Source: an uncultured Chloroflexia bacterium (GTDB lineage: Bacteria; Chloroflexota; Limnocylindria; Limnocylindrales; CSP1-4). Taken from it: a stretch of DNA of 64,000 bases. This document shows positions 49,181-59,150 of this stretch, piece by piece. How positions within the stretch are numbered: the stretch's first letter is position 1; the number at the start of each line of letters is the position of its first letter. The notes beneath the pieces were generated by a model. That model searched no databases. It was not told where the DNA came from and was given only the letters and a program-made list of their open reading frames with translations. Made by a program: the position numbers and the translations under genes. The stretch lies in contig CAVYBJ010000002.1 in the NCBI GenBank assembly GCA_963766685.1, positions 22,257-86,256 on the forward strand. Direction: 5' to 3'.

Positions 49181-49200
49181 CCGTCCCCACGTCGAACACC

Positions 49201-49225
49201 GGGTCCGTCCCTGCTGGGCGGACCC
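49201..49225 (+). terminator. weak candidate hairpin after mmsA
   Basis: gggtccg (49201-49207) pairs with cggaccc (49219-49225), with an 11-nt loop. There is no U-tract. Confidence 0.25.
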
Positions 49226-49473
49226 CCTCCCCGGAGCTCGGGCGGCCGTACGCCGCTCGGGCTTCGCTGTCCCGGAGCCGTTCGGCTGGGCGCCCCCGAG
49301 GCCGCGGGTATACTTCGCCCCCTGGAGTCGGCCGTCAGGGAACGGCCGAGGAGGGTCGCCGTGGCCCGTCCCGGCGCACCAGGCTGCCCTTGTCGTGAGG
49401 GCGTCCCCGTGCCGCCGCTGCCGCATCGTCCGTGGTCGCTGCCCGGCCACCCAAAGAGGACGCCTCTCGGACC

Positions 49474-50532
49474 ATGATCGACGCATTCTTCGGTGCGTTC
49501 TCCCGGGACATCGGGATGGACCTGGGCACGGCCAACACGCTCGTCTGGGTGCGCGGACGTGGCATCGTCATCAGCGAGCCGAGCATCGTCGCGGTCGACA
49601 CCAAGTCGCGCAAGGTCATCGAGATCGGCGCGGCAGCCAAGCGCATGGTGGGCCGCACCCCGGCCAGCATCACCCCGGTGCGTCCGCTGCGCGACGGCGT
49701 CATCAGCGACTTCGACGTCACCGAGCAGATGATCAAGTACTTCGTGCAGCGAGTGCACGACCGCGTCGGGCTCGTACCGCGGCCGCGCATGCTGCTGGGC
49801 ATCCCCTCCGGCGTCACGGAGGTGGAGCGCCGCGCCGTTCGGGACGCAGCCCTCAACGCCGGTGCGCGCTGGGCCAGGCTCATCGAGGAGCCCATGGCGG
49901 CCGCCATCGGCGCCGGGCTGCCCATCAGCGAGCCGAGCGGCAACCTCATCGTGGACATCGGCGGCGGGACCACGGAGGTGGCTGTCATCAGCCTGGGCGG
50001 CATCGTCGTCAGTCGGAGCGTCCGGGTCGGTGGCGATGAGCTGGACCAGGACGTCATCGCCTACGCCCGGCGTGAGTACAACCTGCTCATCGGCGAGCGC
50101 ACCGCCGAGGACATCAAGATCGCCATCGGCTCGGCCTACCCCGGGTCCTACGACACGCAGCACGTGGCCATGCGCGGGCGCGACCTGCTGACCGGCCTGC
50201 CCCGCTTCGTGGAGATCACGGCCGAGCAGGTGCGCGAGTCCATCGACGCCTCACTGGCGCAGATCATCAGCACCATCAAGGACACCATCGAGGAGACGCC
50301 ACCGGAGCTGGTGGCGGACATCGTCGACCAGGGCATCGTGCTGGCAGGAGGCGGCTCGCTGCTGCAGGGCATCGACCGGCGCATCGCGGAAGCCACGCAG
50401 ATGCCCGTGCACGTCGCGGACGACCCGTTGACCTGCGTCGTGCGCGGCACCGGCATCGTGCTCGAATCGATCGACGACCCGTACATGGAGCGCGCCCTGG
50501 TGGCCGAGACGTACTCGAGGCCACCACGCTGA
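49474..50532 (+). CDS. mreB: rod shape-determining protein MreB
   Basis: ORF 49432..50532. ATG 49474 follows AAAGAGGA (MIDAFFGAFSRDIGMDLGTANTLVW...DIGGGTTEVAVISLGG...LAGGGSLLQGID). Intact. Confidence 0.95.
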   Translation: MIDAFFGAFSRDIGMDLGTANTLVWVRGRGIVISEPSIVAVDTKSRKVIEIGAAAKRMVGRTPASITPVRPLRDGVISDFDVTEQMIKYFVQRVHDRVGLVPRPRMLLGIPSGVTEVERRAVRDAALNAGARWARLIEEPMAAAIGAGLPISEPSGNLIVDIGGGTTEVAVISLGGIVVSRSVRVGGDELDQDVIAYARREYNLLIGERTAEDIKIAIGSAYPGSYDTQHVAMRGRDLLTGLPRFVEITAEQVRESIDASLAQIISTIKDTIEETPPELVADIVDQGIVLAGGGSLLQGIDRRIAEATQMPVHVADDPLTCVVRGTGIVLESIDDPYMERALVAETYSRPPR

Positions 50533-50539
50533 GGCCGCC

Positions 50540-51451
50540 GTGCTGAACGACCGCACCACCCGGCGCCGAGTCATCGTCTTCGTCGTCCTCGTGGGCCTCT
50601 GCCTGGCCCTGCTCGTGGTGAGCGGCTCGGCGCCCGTGCAGGAGCTGCGCCGCGGTGTGCTCTACGCGGTCACGCCCGTGCAGGAGACGCTCTCCGATGG
50701 CACGCGCGCCGTCACGGACGTGCTGGGTGCCTTCGGCGAGATCGAGAGCCTGCGGCGCGAGAACCTGGCCCTGCAGTCCAGCGTCCAGCAGCTCCAGGAG
50801 CAGCTGGGAACGCTGGACGCCGTCATGGAGGAGAACCAGCGCCTCACCCGCCTCCTGGACGTCCGCGACCGCCTGGAGTTCGAGACGGTGGCCGCCGGCG
50901 TCACCAACCGGCAGGCGACGCAGTTCGAGCGGGTCATCACCATCGACCGCGGCACCGACGCCGGCATCACCCGGGGGGCGCCCGTGCTCTCGGAGGGGGG
51001 CGCCCTGGCGGGCAAGGTGACCGAGGTGGGCAACGGCTGGGCGGCCGTCATGCTCATCAGCGACACGCGCTCGCTGGTGACCGGGCTGGACACGCGCACC
51101 CGCGCCACCGGCGAGGTCACCGGGCGCCTCTCCGCCCCCCTGGCCATGGCCAACATCCCCGTCACGGACAAGATCTCCGTCAACGACCGCGTCGTCACGG
51201 CCGGCATCGACCTGGGCAAGCGGTACCGCTCCTTCGTGCCCAGGAACATCCCCATCGGACGGGTCGTGGACGTCCAGCAGGAACCTGGCTCCATCGTGCA
51301 GACCGCCCTGGTCCAGCCGTCGGCCGACCTCGACAAGATCGAGGACGTCCTGGTCATCACCGACTTCCGCTCCCAGGCCCGGTCGGACTTCCTCGAGCCG
51401 GGGACCGACCCGGAGGCCAGCCCGGATCCCGGGGACGCCGAGGCGCCATGA
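50540..51451 (+). CDS. mreC: rod shape-determining protein MreC
   Basis: ORF 50540..51451 with a GTG start. N-terminal TM segment, coiled-coil (LRRENLALQSSVQQLQEQL...EENQRLTRLL), and a beta-barrel region (ITRGAPVLSEGGALAGKVTEV). Intact. Confidence 0.85.
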   Translation: MLNDRTTRRRVIVFVVLVGLCLALLVVSGSAPVQELRRGVLYAVTPVQETLSDGTRAVTDVLGAFGEIESLRRENLALQSSVQQLQEQLGTLDAVMEENQRLTRLLDVRDRLEFETVAAGVTNRQATQFERVITIDRGTDAGITRGAPVLSEGGALAGKVTEVGNGWAAVMLISDTRSLVTGLDTRTRATGEVTGRLSAPLAMANIPVTDKISVNDRVVTAGIDLGKRYRSFVPRNIPIGRVVDVQQEPGSIVQTALVQPSADLDKIEDVLVITDFRSQARSDFLEPGTDPEASPDPGDAEAP

Positions 51452-51600
51452 GCGCCACCCTGGCCGACCGACGCGGGCCGCCGCTGTCGACGCCACGCAC
51501 CACCCCGGCGGCATGGCCGCGGTCGGGACCATCCGGAGCCCGGGGTCAGGACCATCTTGCGATGGCCCGTCCCGGCGGTCGCGGCCACTCTTGGTCAGCC

Positions 51601-53466
51601 ATGCGCGAACACGAGCTACCGCGAGGGCTGCCTGCGGGCGGGCGACCACCCCTGGCGCGGCACGCGCTCATCCGCCTCGCCGTGCTGCTGCTGACGCTGT
51701 GCGTCATCCTGCTGTCCAGTTCGGCCCTCAACCTGGTGGCCAGCGCGCGGGCACAGTCGCCGAAGCGGGCCGTCATCGTCGCCGGACCCGTGCACTCGCT
51801 GACGGACCACTACCTGGGCTACGCGCGGGAGCTCGCCAACGCCGCGGAGGCGCAGGGCATGGAGGTGACGCGCATCTTCCACCCCGATGCCACGGTCGAG
51901 CGCGTCAAGAACCACGCCAGCGGCGCCGACCTCTTCATCTACGTCGGCCACGGCAACGGCTGGCCGAGCGCCTTCGGCTCGCTGGACGAGTCCACGAAGA
52001 ACGGCCTCGGGCTGGACGTCGCCGACCCTGAGGCGCGCAGCCCGTCTGCCGTCGTCTACAAGGGCGCCGACTGGCTGCGCGAGAACGTCGAGTTCGCGCC
52101 CAACGCGGTGGTCATCCTCTCGCACCTCTCGTACGCCTCCGGGAACGCCTCGTCCGGCATGGCCATCCCCACCCGAGAGGTCGCGGTCGAGCGCGTCGAC
52201 AACTTCGCCAACGGCTTTCTGGCCAGTGGCGCGCGCGTCGTCTGGCACCTCGGCTGGCAGCCCGGCGCGGACGTCATCAACGCGCTCTTCGCCGAGGACG
52301 CCACGATGGACGCGGTCTTCATGACCCGCTATCGCGATCCGGTCAGCCCCATGAACGGCTGGATCGGCGCCGAACCCGGCTACTACGACTCCGTGCGCAC
52401 GCCCGGATCGCGGATCCACATCGACCCCCACCCGACCGACGGATACCTGCGGGCGCTCTCGGGCGACCTCGACTTCACGACCACCGAGTGGCGCAACGCC
52501 GGCGCCCCGCCCCCGGACACGGAGCCGCCGGTGATCAGCGAGGTCAGCGTCGTCCAGGCCGCCGTGACCCTCTCCGCCGACGACACCCCGCTGCCCATCT
52601 TCACGCCCAACGGCGACGGCCTCAGCGACACCCTGAAGGTCACGCACGTGCTCTCGGAGAACGCCTTCCTGGACGTCCGCGTCGTGAAGGACGACGTGGT
52701 CGTGCGCGAGATGTCGCATCTGGTCGATGCGCGGTCGCGGCAGCACCACCTGGGACGGCCGCCGGGGTGACGGCGAGTACATCGGCGAGGGACGCTTCCG
52801 CATCGTGATCACGCCGACGGACCGGGCCGGCAACGTCGGTCAGCCAGCGACGGCCAAGGCGCTGGCGCTGACGGCCCTCAAGTCACCCTCCTTCAAGCCG
52901 GGCTTCTTCTACCCCTCGGACGGGGACGCCCTGGCCGCCACCAGCACGCTGGGTGCGCGCCTCCTGCGGCCCGCCAACGTGAGCTGGGTCATCAAGGACG
53001 CCTCCGGCGCCATCGTGCGGCACGGCGGCGACGCCGCGGCCGCTCCAGCCAGGGCGCGTTGCGCTTCGAGTGGGACGGCCGGGACGATGCCGGGCAGTTC
53101 GTGCCGGAGGGCACCTACCAGGGACGCATCAGGGTGACCCGGCCGGCCGGCAGCTACGGGCACGAGGTGCCGGTGCGCATCATGGCCTTCGACCTGACTC
53201 CCACGACGTGGCGGCCGAGGCGCGGCGACGAGGTGCGCCTGTGGTTCACGTCGGCCGAACCCATGAAGGGCAAGCCCGTCGTCAGCGCCAAGCTGCCCGG
53301 CCTGCCTGCCGCGGACCTGCGCGTCATCAAGGTGAGCCACACGACCTTCAAGGCCCTCCTCGCGACCAAGGGCGTCGACCGCCCCGGCCGCATCGTCGTC
53401 CGGGTCGTCGGCACGGACTCCGCCGATGGCACCCAGACGCAGGCCTGGCGCCTCCGGCTGAACTGA
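51601..53466 (+). pseudogene. secreted protein: N-terminal ~330-aa domain of unknown function plus C-terminal FlgD-Ig-like modules; two frame disruptions (~52725, ~53050)
   Basis: ATG 51601 with signal peptide (ALIRLAVLLLTLCVILLSSSALNLVASARAQ). Three pieces (51448, 52727 and 53059 ORFs). TWDGRRGDGEYIGEGRFRIVITPTDRAGNVG and FEWDGRDDAGQFVPEGTYQGRIRVT are typical FlgD-Ig/FlgD_ig-like motifs. Confidence 0.6.
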
Positions 53467-53504
53467 GTGCGAGTGGCCCCGAGGGCCTTTCGCGCTGGCG
53501 CCGA

Positions 53505-53510
53505 TAGACT
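53505..53510 (+). promoter_or_regulatory. candidate -10 box TAGACT 7 nt upstream of the GT2 ATG (implies a leaderless transcript)
   Basis: ccgaTAGACTtgcatcgATG. No Shine-Dalgarno sequence is possible in the 7-nt spacer. The 10-mer is identical to the one at 42041. Confidence 0.35.
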
Positions 53511-53517
53511 TGCATCG

Positions 53518-54279
53518 ATGAGCGTTCCCGCCGACCAGGCACCCTATGCCGATGCCTGGGTCGTGCTGCCCACCTACAACGAGTCCCAGAACCTGCCCGG
53601 CATCAGCGAGGCCATCCTGCACGCCCTGCCCGGCGCCCACCTTCTGGTCGTGGACGACGCCTCGCCCGATGGGACCGGCCAGCTGGCCGACGGGCTGGCC
53701 GCCGCCGAGCCGCGCATCGCCGTGCTGCACCGGGCCGGCAAGGAGGGACTCGGCAAGGCCTACATCGACGGCTTCGCCGACGTGCTCGCCCGCGGTGCTG
53801 GCCGCGTCGTCCAGATGGACGCCGACTGGTCGCACTCACCCGACTACCTGCCCGCCATGATGGCCGCCCTCGATGGCGGGGCGGACCTCGTCATCGGCTC
53901 GCGCTACACCCGCGGCGGGGGCGTTCGTGACTGGGGCCTGCTGCGGCGCATCGTGTCGCGGGGCGGCTCGACCTTCGCCCGGATCGTGCTGCGCCTGGCG
54001 CCGCACGATCTGACCGGTGGCTTCAAGGCCTGGCGGCGGGCCACGCTGGCATCGATCGACTGGGGCCGCGTGCACGCCGGCGGCTACGTCTTCCAGATCG
54101 AGACGACCTACCTGGCCTCCCGTGGTGGCGCCCGCATCGTGGAGGTGCCCATCGTCTTCAAGGACCGCGAGGTGGGCAGCAGCAAGATGTCCAAGTCCAT
54201 CATCCTGGAGGCCCTGGCGGTGGTGCTGCGGCTGCGCTGGGACGAGCTGCGCGGGCGTGGCCCGGGGACCCCGGCATGA
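53518..54279 (+). CDS. GT2 polyprenol-phosphate mannosyl/glycosyl-transferase (Ppm1/DPM1-like)
   Basis: ORF 53467..54279; ATG 53518 (MSVPADQAPYADAWVVLPTYNESQNL...VVDDASPDGT...VQMDADWSHSP...GGFKAW). Intact. Confidence 0.85.
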   Translation: MSVPADQAPYADAWVVLPTYNESQNLPGISEAILHALPGAHLLVVDDASPDGTGQLADGLAAAEPRIAVLHRAGKEGLGKAYIDGFADVLARGAGRVVQMDADWSHSPDYLPAMMAALDGGADLVIGSRYTRGGGVRDWGLLRRIVSRGGSTFARIVLRLAPHDLTGGFKAWRRATLASIDWGRVHAGGYVFQIETTYLASRGGARIVEVPIVFKDREVGSSKMSKSIILEALAVVLRLRWDELRGRGPGTPA

Positions 54280-55754
54280 CAGCCGCCCTCGATGCCAGCG
54301 CGCCGGCACCCGGCCCGCTCGCTCACGCCACGCCTGCTGGCCCCGGGGAGGGCCGCCTGAACGTCACCATCGTGGCCGCCAACCCGTTCGAGTTCGACTC
54401 GCGCTTCCTGCGCTCGGCGACGTCGCTGGCAGAGGACGGCCATCGCCTGCGCATCCTGGGCTGGTCGGCGCCCGGGTTGCCCGCCGAGGAGGAGCTGGCG
54501 CCCGGCGTTCGGCTCACCCGCCTGGACATCGACCGGCGCATCAGCAGCGCCCTGAAGCCGCTGCCCCAGGGCGCGCGCCGCCTCGTCAGCCGTCTCGTCG
54601 GCCTGGACCCGGAGGCACGGGTCCTGCCGGCCGATGCTCCGCGCGGCCTCGATCGGCTGCGCCACCCCCTGCGTCGGACGCTGGAGATCGTCGCCAACGC
54701 GCGCCGTGCCGGGCCGTGGGCGGAGGCCGTCGTGGCCGCGGCCCCGGAGACGGATGTCTTCCACGCCCAGTCACTCATCGTGCTGCCCGTGGTGCGCAGC
54801 GCCGCCCGGCGCCTGGGCGGTCGCTTCGTCTACGACGTGGCCGACTACCACACGGAGGCCGCCCGGCTGGCGCGCATGCCCTGGCTGGTCCGCGAGGTCG
54901 TGCGGCGCCGGGAGCGCGACTGGGCGCGTGACGCCGCCGGCTTCCTGGCCGTGAGCGACCCGGTGGCCGACCTCGTGGTGCGCCGCTGGGGCGTGCCGCG
55001 GCCCACGGTCCTCTGGAACTGCCCGCCGGCCTGGCGACCGGACCACCCGGAGCCCGTGCCCTCCGACCGCATCCGCGCTGCCACCGGCATCGAGCCCGAG
55101 CGGCCCATCGTCCTCTACCAGGGCGGCTTCTCCATCGACCGGGGCGTGGAGGAGCTCATCGCGGCGGCCACCTCGCCGCGCCTCATGGAGCTGGGCGCGG
55201 CCGTGGTCTTCATGGGTTACGGACGGTTGGAGACGCACATCGCCGACGCCGTGGCGGCCCACCCCGGCCGTGTCTACCTGCTGCCCGCGGTCCGGCCTGA
55301 CGACCTCATGCCCTGGACCGCCTCGGCCGATGTCTGCTTCGTGGGCCAGCCGCCGCGCACCCTGAACCAGAAGATGAACCTGCCCAACAAGCTCTTCGAG
55401 TCGATCATGGCCGGCGTGCCCGTGGTCGTGAGCGAAGGCAACGAACAGTGCCGCCTGACGGCAGCCGAGGAGATCGGGAGCTGCGTGGACATCGACGACC
55501 CGGCGGCCATCGCGGCCGCCTGCGCCGACCTGCTGTCGGCACCACTGGCCGAGCGGCGAGCGCTTCGCGCTCACTGCCGCTCCGTGGCGCTGGCGCGCTA
55601 CACGTGGGATCACACCGCGGTGGGCCTCGTGGAGCTCTATCGCAAGCTGGCGCGCGAGGGTCGAGCGGCCACGCCCGTCATCGCGGCACCGCATCCGGCG
55701 ACAGAGCCGGCAGGGACGTCAGCCGCGGCCCCGGCCCCGGGCAGGGCCGACTGA
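54276..55754 (+). CDS. GT4-family glycosyltransferase
   Basis: ORF 54276..55754, with an ATGA overlap onto the previous stop. Retaining GT-B C-terminal pattern (VLYQGGFSIDRGVEELI...PNKLFESIMAGVPVVVS). Intact. Confidence 0.8.
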   Translation: MTAALDASAPAPGPLAHATPAGPGEGRLNVTIVAANPFEFDSRFLRSATSLAEDGHRLRILGWSAPGLPAEEELAPGVRLTRLDIDRRISSALKPLPQGARRLVSRLVGLDPEARVLPADAPRGLDRLRHPLRRTLEIVANARRAGPWAEAVVAAAPETDVFHAQSLIVLPVVRSAARRLGGRFVYDVADYHTEAARLARMPWLVREVVRRRERDWARDAAGFLAVSDPVADLVVRRWGVPRPTVLWNCPPAWRPDHPEPVPSDRIRAATGIEPERPIVLYQGGFSIDRGVEELIAAATSPRLMELGAAVVFMGYGRLETHIADAVAAHPGRVYLLPAVRPDDLMPWTASADVCFVGQPPRTLNQKMNLPNKLFESIMAGVPVVVSEGNEQCRLTAAEEIGSCVDIDDPAAIAAACADLLSAPLAERRALRAHCRSVALARYTWDHTAVGLVELYRKLAREGRAATPVIAAPHPATEPAGTSAAAPAPGRAD

Positions 55755-56615
55755 TGCCCGCCCTGACACGAGTGCTCGCGGCCTCGCGCTCGGGGCCGCC
55801 CTGGCGGCCACCGGCTTGGTGGGCCAGGCGTCCGCGGTGCTGGCCGGCGACAGTGGCGATCGCATGCTGGTGGCGTCCAGCCAACTGCAGGACCGGCCCT
55901 TCCGCAGCCTCGTGCTGGTGACGGTCGGCGAGCGCGTGGTGTGCACGGGCTTCGTCATCGCCCCCACCAAGGTCGTGACCGCGGGCCACTGCCTCGCCCG
56001 CGACGCGGCCGGGGGCGACTTCCGCTTCCGTCGCGGGCTGCCGGGTGACATTCGACTCCACCGCGCCTACAGCCAGATCGCTGGTGGCTCGCCCTTCGCC
56101 AGCTGCGAGGTCTCGCAGGCCTGGGCGCACCCGCGCTTCATCCGGCGCAACGCGTCGGACACCTCGTACGGCAGTCGGGCGCACGACTACGCCGTGCTCA
56201 CCACGTCGCCCGACTGCGTCTATCCCGAGAGCGCGGTCATGCGCATCTGGCCGACCGAATCGTCGGACGGGCAGCTGCCCGCGGGCAGCACCATCAAGCT
56301 CGGCGGCTACCCGGCCGACTCGCGCTTCGCGGACATGAACGGGCTGAACCTCTGGCGCAGCCAGGGCCAGGTGCGTCCCCCGGAAGGGCGATCCGGCGCT
56401 GCTCGACACGACCGGCTTCGTGGCGCAGGGCATGAGCGGCGGACCCGTGTGGCGGACCTTCGAGGCCGGAATCGCCGTGCGGTCGCGCCCAGTGCGCCGT
56501 GGCCATCCTGACCGAGTGCGCCGTGAACGACGAGGGGCGCTGCAAGCTCGGAGACAACCTGCGCCTGGCCGTGCGCATCACGCCGACCGTGATGGAGTCG
56601 CTGGCGCGCCGCTGA
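55754..56615 (+). pseudogene. secreted trypsin-like (S1, Glu-endopeptidase-like) serine protease, three frame disruptions (~55780, ~56390, ~56490)
   Basis: ATG 55754 overlaps the GT4 stop (TGATG). Signal peptide LALGAALAATGLVGQASAVLA. The triad is His in VVTAGHC, Asp in HDYAVL, and Ser in AQGMSGGPVW (ORF 56420 frame). The C-terminus ILTECAVNDEGRCKLGDNLRLAVRITPTVMESLARR ends at TGA 56613. Confidence 0.7.
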
Positions 56616-56643
56616 TCCGGACCGCTGGCGCGCCACAGAGGGC

Positions 56644-57655
56644 TCAGACCCGCAGGATCTCCTCGGTCACGGCGTCGGCGAGGGCCTCGAAGTCCGGGGC
56701 CACGGGCTCGCGCTTCTCGATGACGAGGTCCTCCGCCCGCTCCAGGACCCGCATGCGGCCCTGCTCGATGAGCCAGCGGTCGACCGCCCCGAGCGCTCCG
56801 GCGAACGTGGTCCAGGTGGGCACGCCCAGCACCGCCGCCTCCCGGTTCATGGTGCCGCCCGCGCTGATGACGGCGTCGGCGGCCCACACGAGCGAGGGTC
56901 CGTCGACCGGACGCTCGGGGATGGTGACGCCCGCCGCCCCGCTGAACGAGGCGGCCTGCTCCGGGGTCCGCGGCAGCAGCACGACCTGGGTGTCGCTCGC
57001 GAGGAGGCGCGCCAGCACGTCGTCGAAGACGGTGTTCTCCAGGCCGCGGTGATAGAGGCTCATGGTGGCCGGCGGGCGAAGGACCACGATGGGGCGACCG
57101 CGGTCCAGGCCGAGCTCCTCGAGCACGCCTCATCGGGGGAGAAGTCGGCCAGGGCGACCTGCTCCTTGAGGCCTGGGTAGGGACGGTAGCGGCGGCGGTC
57201 GAGGCCCAGCGGGGCCAGCGACTCGAAGGGGATGACCTCGGGCAGCATGACCTTGTCCGCCAGCCGGAAGTTGATCTTGTGCATGCCCGCGGCGCCCTCG
57301 TAGTCGTGCAGCACGGTGCTGTGGAGGCGCAGCAGCCGCGCTGCCACGGCCAGGTCGTTGGAGCCGTGGCTGACCGCCTGGCTCAAGCCGCGCCCGCGGC
57401 CGAAGCGCAGCAGTGCGGTCGAACGGCGCACGCAGCCCCAGGCCCTTGCCGCGCAGTGAGGCGCCGCCGTGACGGCCGACGACGGTGTGCGCGATGCCGA
57501 AGCGCTCCAGCAGACCCAGGGTCTGGGCGAAGTCGCGGGCCGTCACGACCGCTTCCACGCCGGCCTCGTCGAGGCGCCGCAGGATGGGCCGGAAGAAGAC
57601 GACGTGCGGGCGAGTTGGTGAGGTCGATCCAGACGCGGCGCGGTCGGGCGGTCAT
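56644..57655 (-). pseudogene. DUF354-family protein (GT-B/epimerase-like fold), three frame disruptions (~57607, ~57436, ~57127)
   Basis: The pieces are MTARPRRVWIDLTNSP | HVVFFRPILRRLDEAGVEAVVTARDFAQTLGLLERFGIAHTVVGRHGGASLRGKGLG | ...SHGSNDLAVAARLLRLHSTVLHDYE...LKEQVALADFSPDE | VLEELGLDRGRPIVVLRPP...ISAGGTMNREAAVLGVPT. Confidence 0.7.
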
Positions 57656-57673
57656 GGCGGGCGGACGGTCCGC

Positions 57674-58995
57674 CTAGAGGACGTCGACGTTGGGGGGCAC
57701 GCTCCCGGAGGCACGCCCGGCGAGCCGCCGGCGCACGGCGTTGCGGAGGTCCACCACGAGATCCGCGTGCTCCACCACGAGCGCCAGGTCCAGGGCGGCA
57801 TGGGCGGTGGCGATGACGACGCAGTCGGCCGCCGCCGAGGGTCGCCGCGTCCAGGGGCACGGAGGCGAGGTCGTCGCCGGGCAGCGTCGCGACGTGCGGG
57901 TCGTGGTAGCTGACGTGGGCGCCCTCGGCCCGCAGCAGCTCCAGCAGCTTGAGCGAGGGGCTCTCGCGCAGGTCGCCCACGTCCGCCTTGTAGGCCATGC
58001 CCAGGAGCAGGATGCCCGCGCCGCGCACGGCCTTGCCACGCGCGTTCAGCGCCCGCGAGATGCGGGAGACCGCGTAGTAGGGCATGTTGACGTTGACTCG
58101 CCCGGCCAGCTCGACGAACTCGCTGTCGAGGTCGAAGGCGCGCGCCCGCCAGGCCAGGTAGAAGGGATCGACCGGGATGCAGTGGCCGCCCAGGCCGGGC
58201 CCGGGCCAGAAGGGCATGAAGCCGAAGGGCTTGGTGGCCGAGGCCTCGATGGCCTCCCAGACGTCGATGCCCATGCGGTCGGCGAGGATGGCCATCTCGT
58301 TGACGAGGGCGATGTTCACGGCCCGGAAGGTGTTCTCGATGATCTTGGCCATCTCGGCCGACTCGGGTGACGAGACCGGGTGGACCCGGTCGCAGATGCG
58401 CGCGTAGAGCGCCTCCGCGCGGGCCGCGCAGGCCGGCGTGAGGCCGCCCACGACCTTGGGCGTCTCGCGCATGCCCCAGCGCGTGTTGCCGGGGTCGACG
58501 CGCTCCGGGCTGAAGGCCAGGAAGGCGTCCTGGCCGATGGTACGGCCGGCGGCCTCCAGCATCGGCGCCAGGACCTCTCGCGTGGTGCCCGGCCAGGTCG
58601 TCGACTCGAGGACCAGGAGGGCGCCGGGGGCGAGGTTGGCGATGGCCGTCTCGGCCGCGGCGGTGACGTACGAGAGGTCCGGCTCGCGGTGCTGGCCCAG
58701 GGGCGTGGGCACGCAGACGAGGATGGCGCTGCAGTCGCGCAGCCGCGTGGCGTCCGTGGTGGCGACGAGGCGGCCGGAGGCCAGCAGCGGTGCCAGGGCC
58801 TCCGAGGGGACGTCCTCGATGTAGGAGCGGCCCGCGTTGATGGCGGCCACCTTGTCGGCCGAGGTGTCCACGCCCACGACGTCGAGGCCGGCCTCCGCGA
58901 AGGCGACCGCCAGGGGCAGCCCGACATAGCCGAGCCCGATGATGCCGACCGTGCCGTTGCCGGCGCGTGCTGTCGCTGTCGCGTGCTGCTGTCAC
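57674..58995 (-). pseudogene. nucleotide-sugar 6-dehydrogenase (UDP-GlcNAc/ManNAc dehydrogenase family), two +1 disruptions (~58955, ~57845)
   Basis: The Rossmann N-terminus GNGTVGIIGLGYVGLPLAVAFAEAGLDVVGVDTS has no in-frame start, and GTG 58995 is one frame off. The main ORF 57543..58877 has the catalytic GGHCIPVDP. The C-terminus ADCVVIATAHAALDL is in ORF 57674..58039. Confidence 0.8.
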
Positions 58996-59150
58996 GGCTC
59001 GCCGACTCTAGCACTCGACAGGCGAGCGCGTCGACGGTCGTGCCGACGCCCGCGGCAGCCTGACCGGGCGAGCATGGCACCGGCACCGGGCGACGCGCGT
59101 CGGCGTGCCGAGCGCCGCGCCCGGCGAGCGGCCGTGGCATCCTTGCCGCC

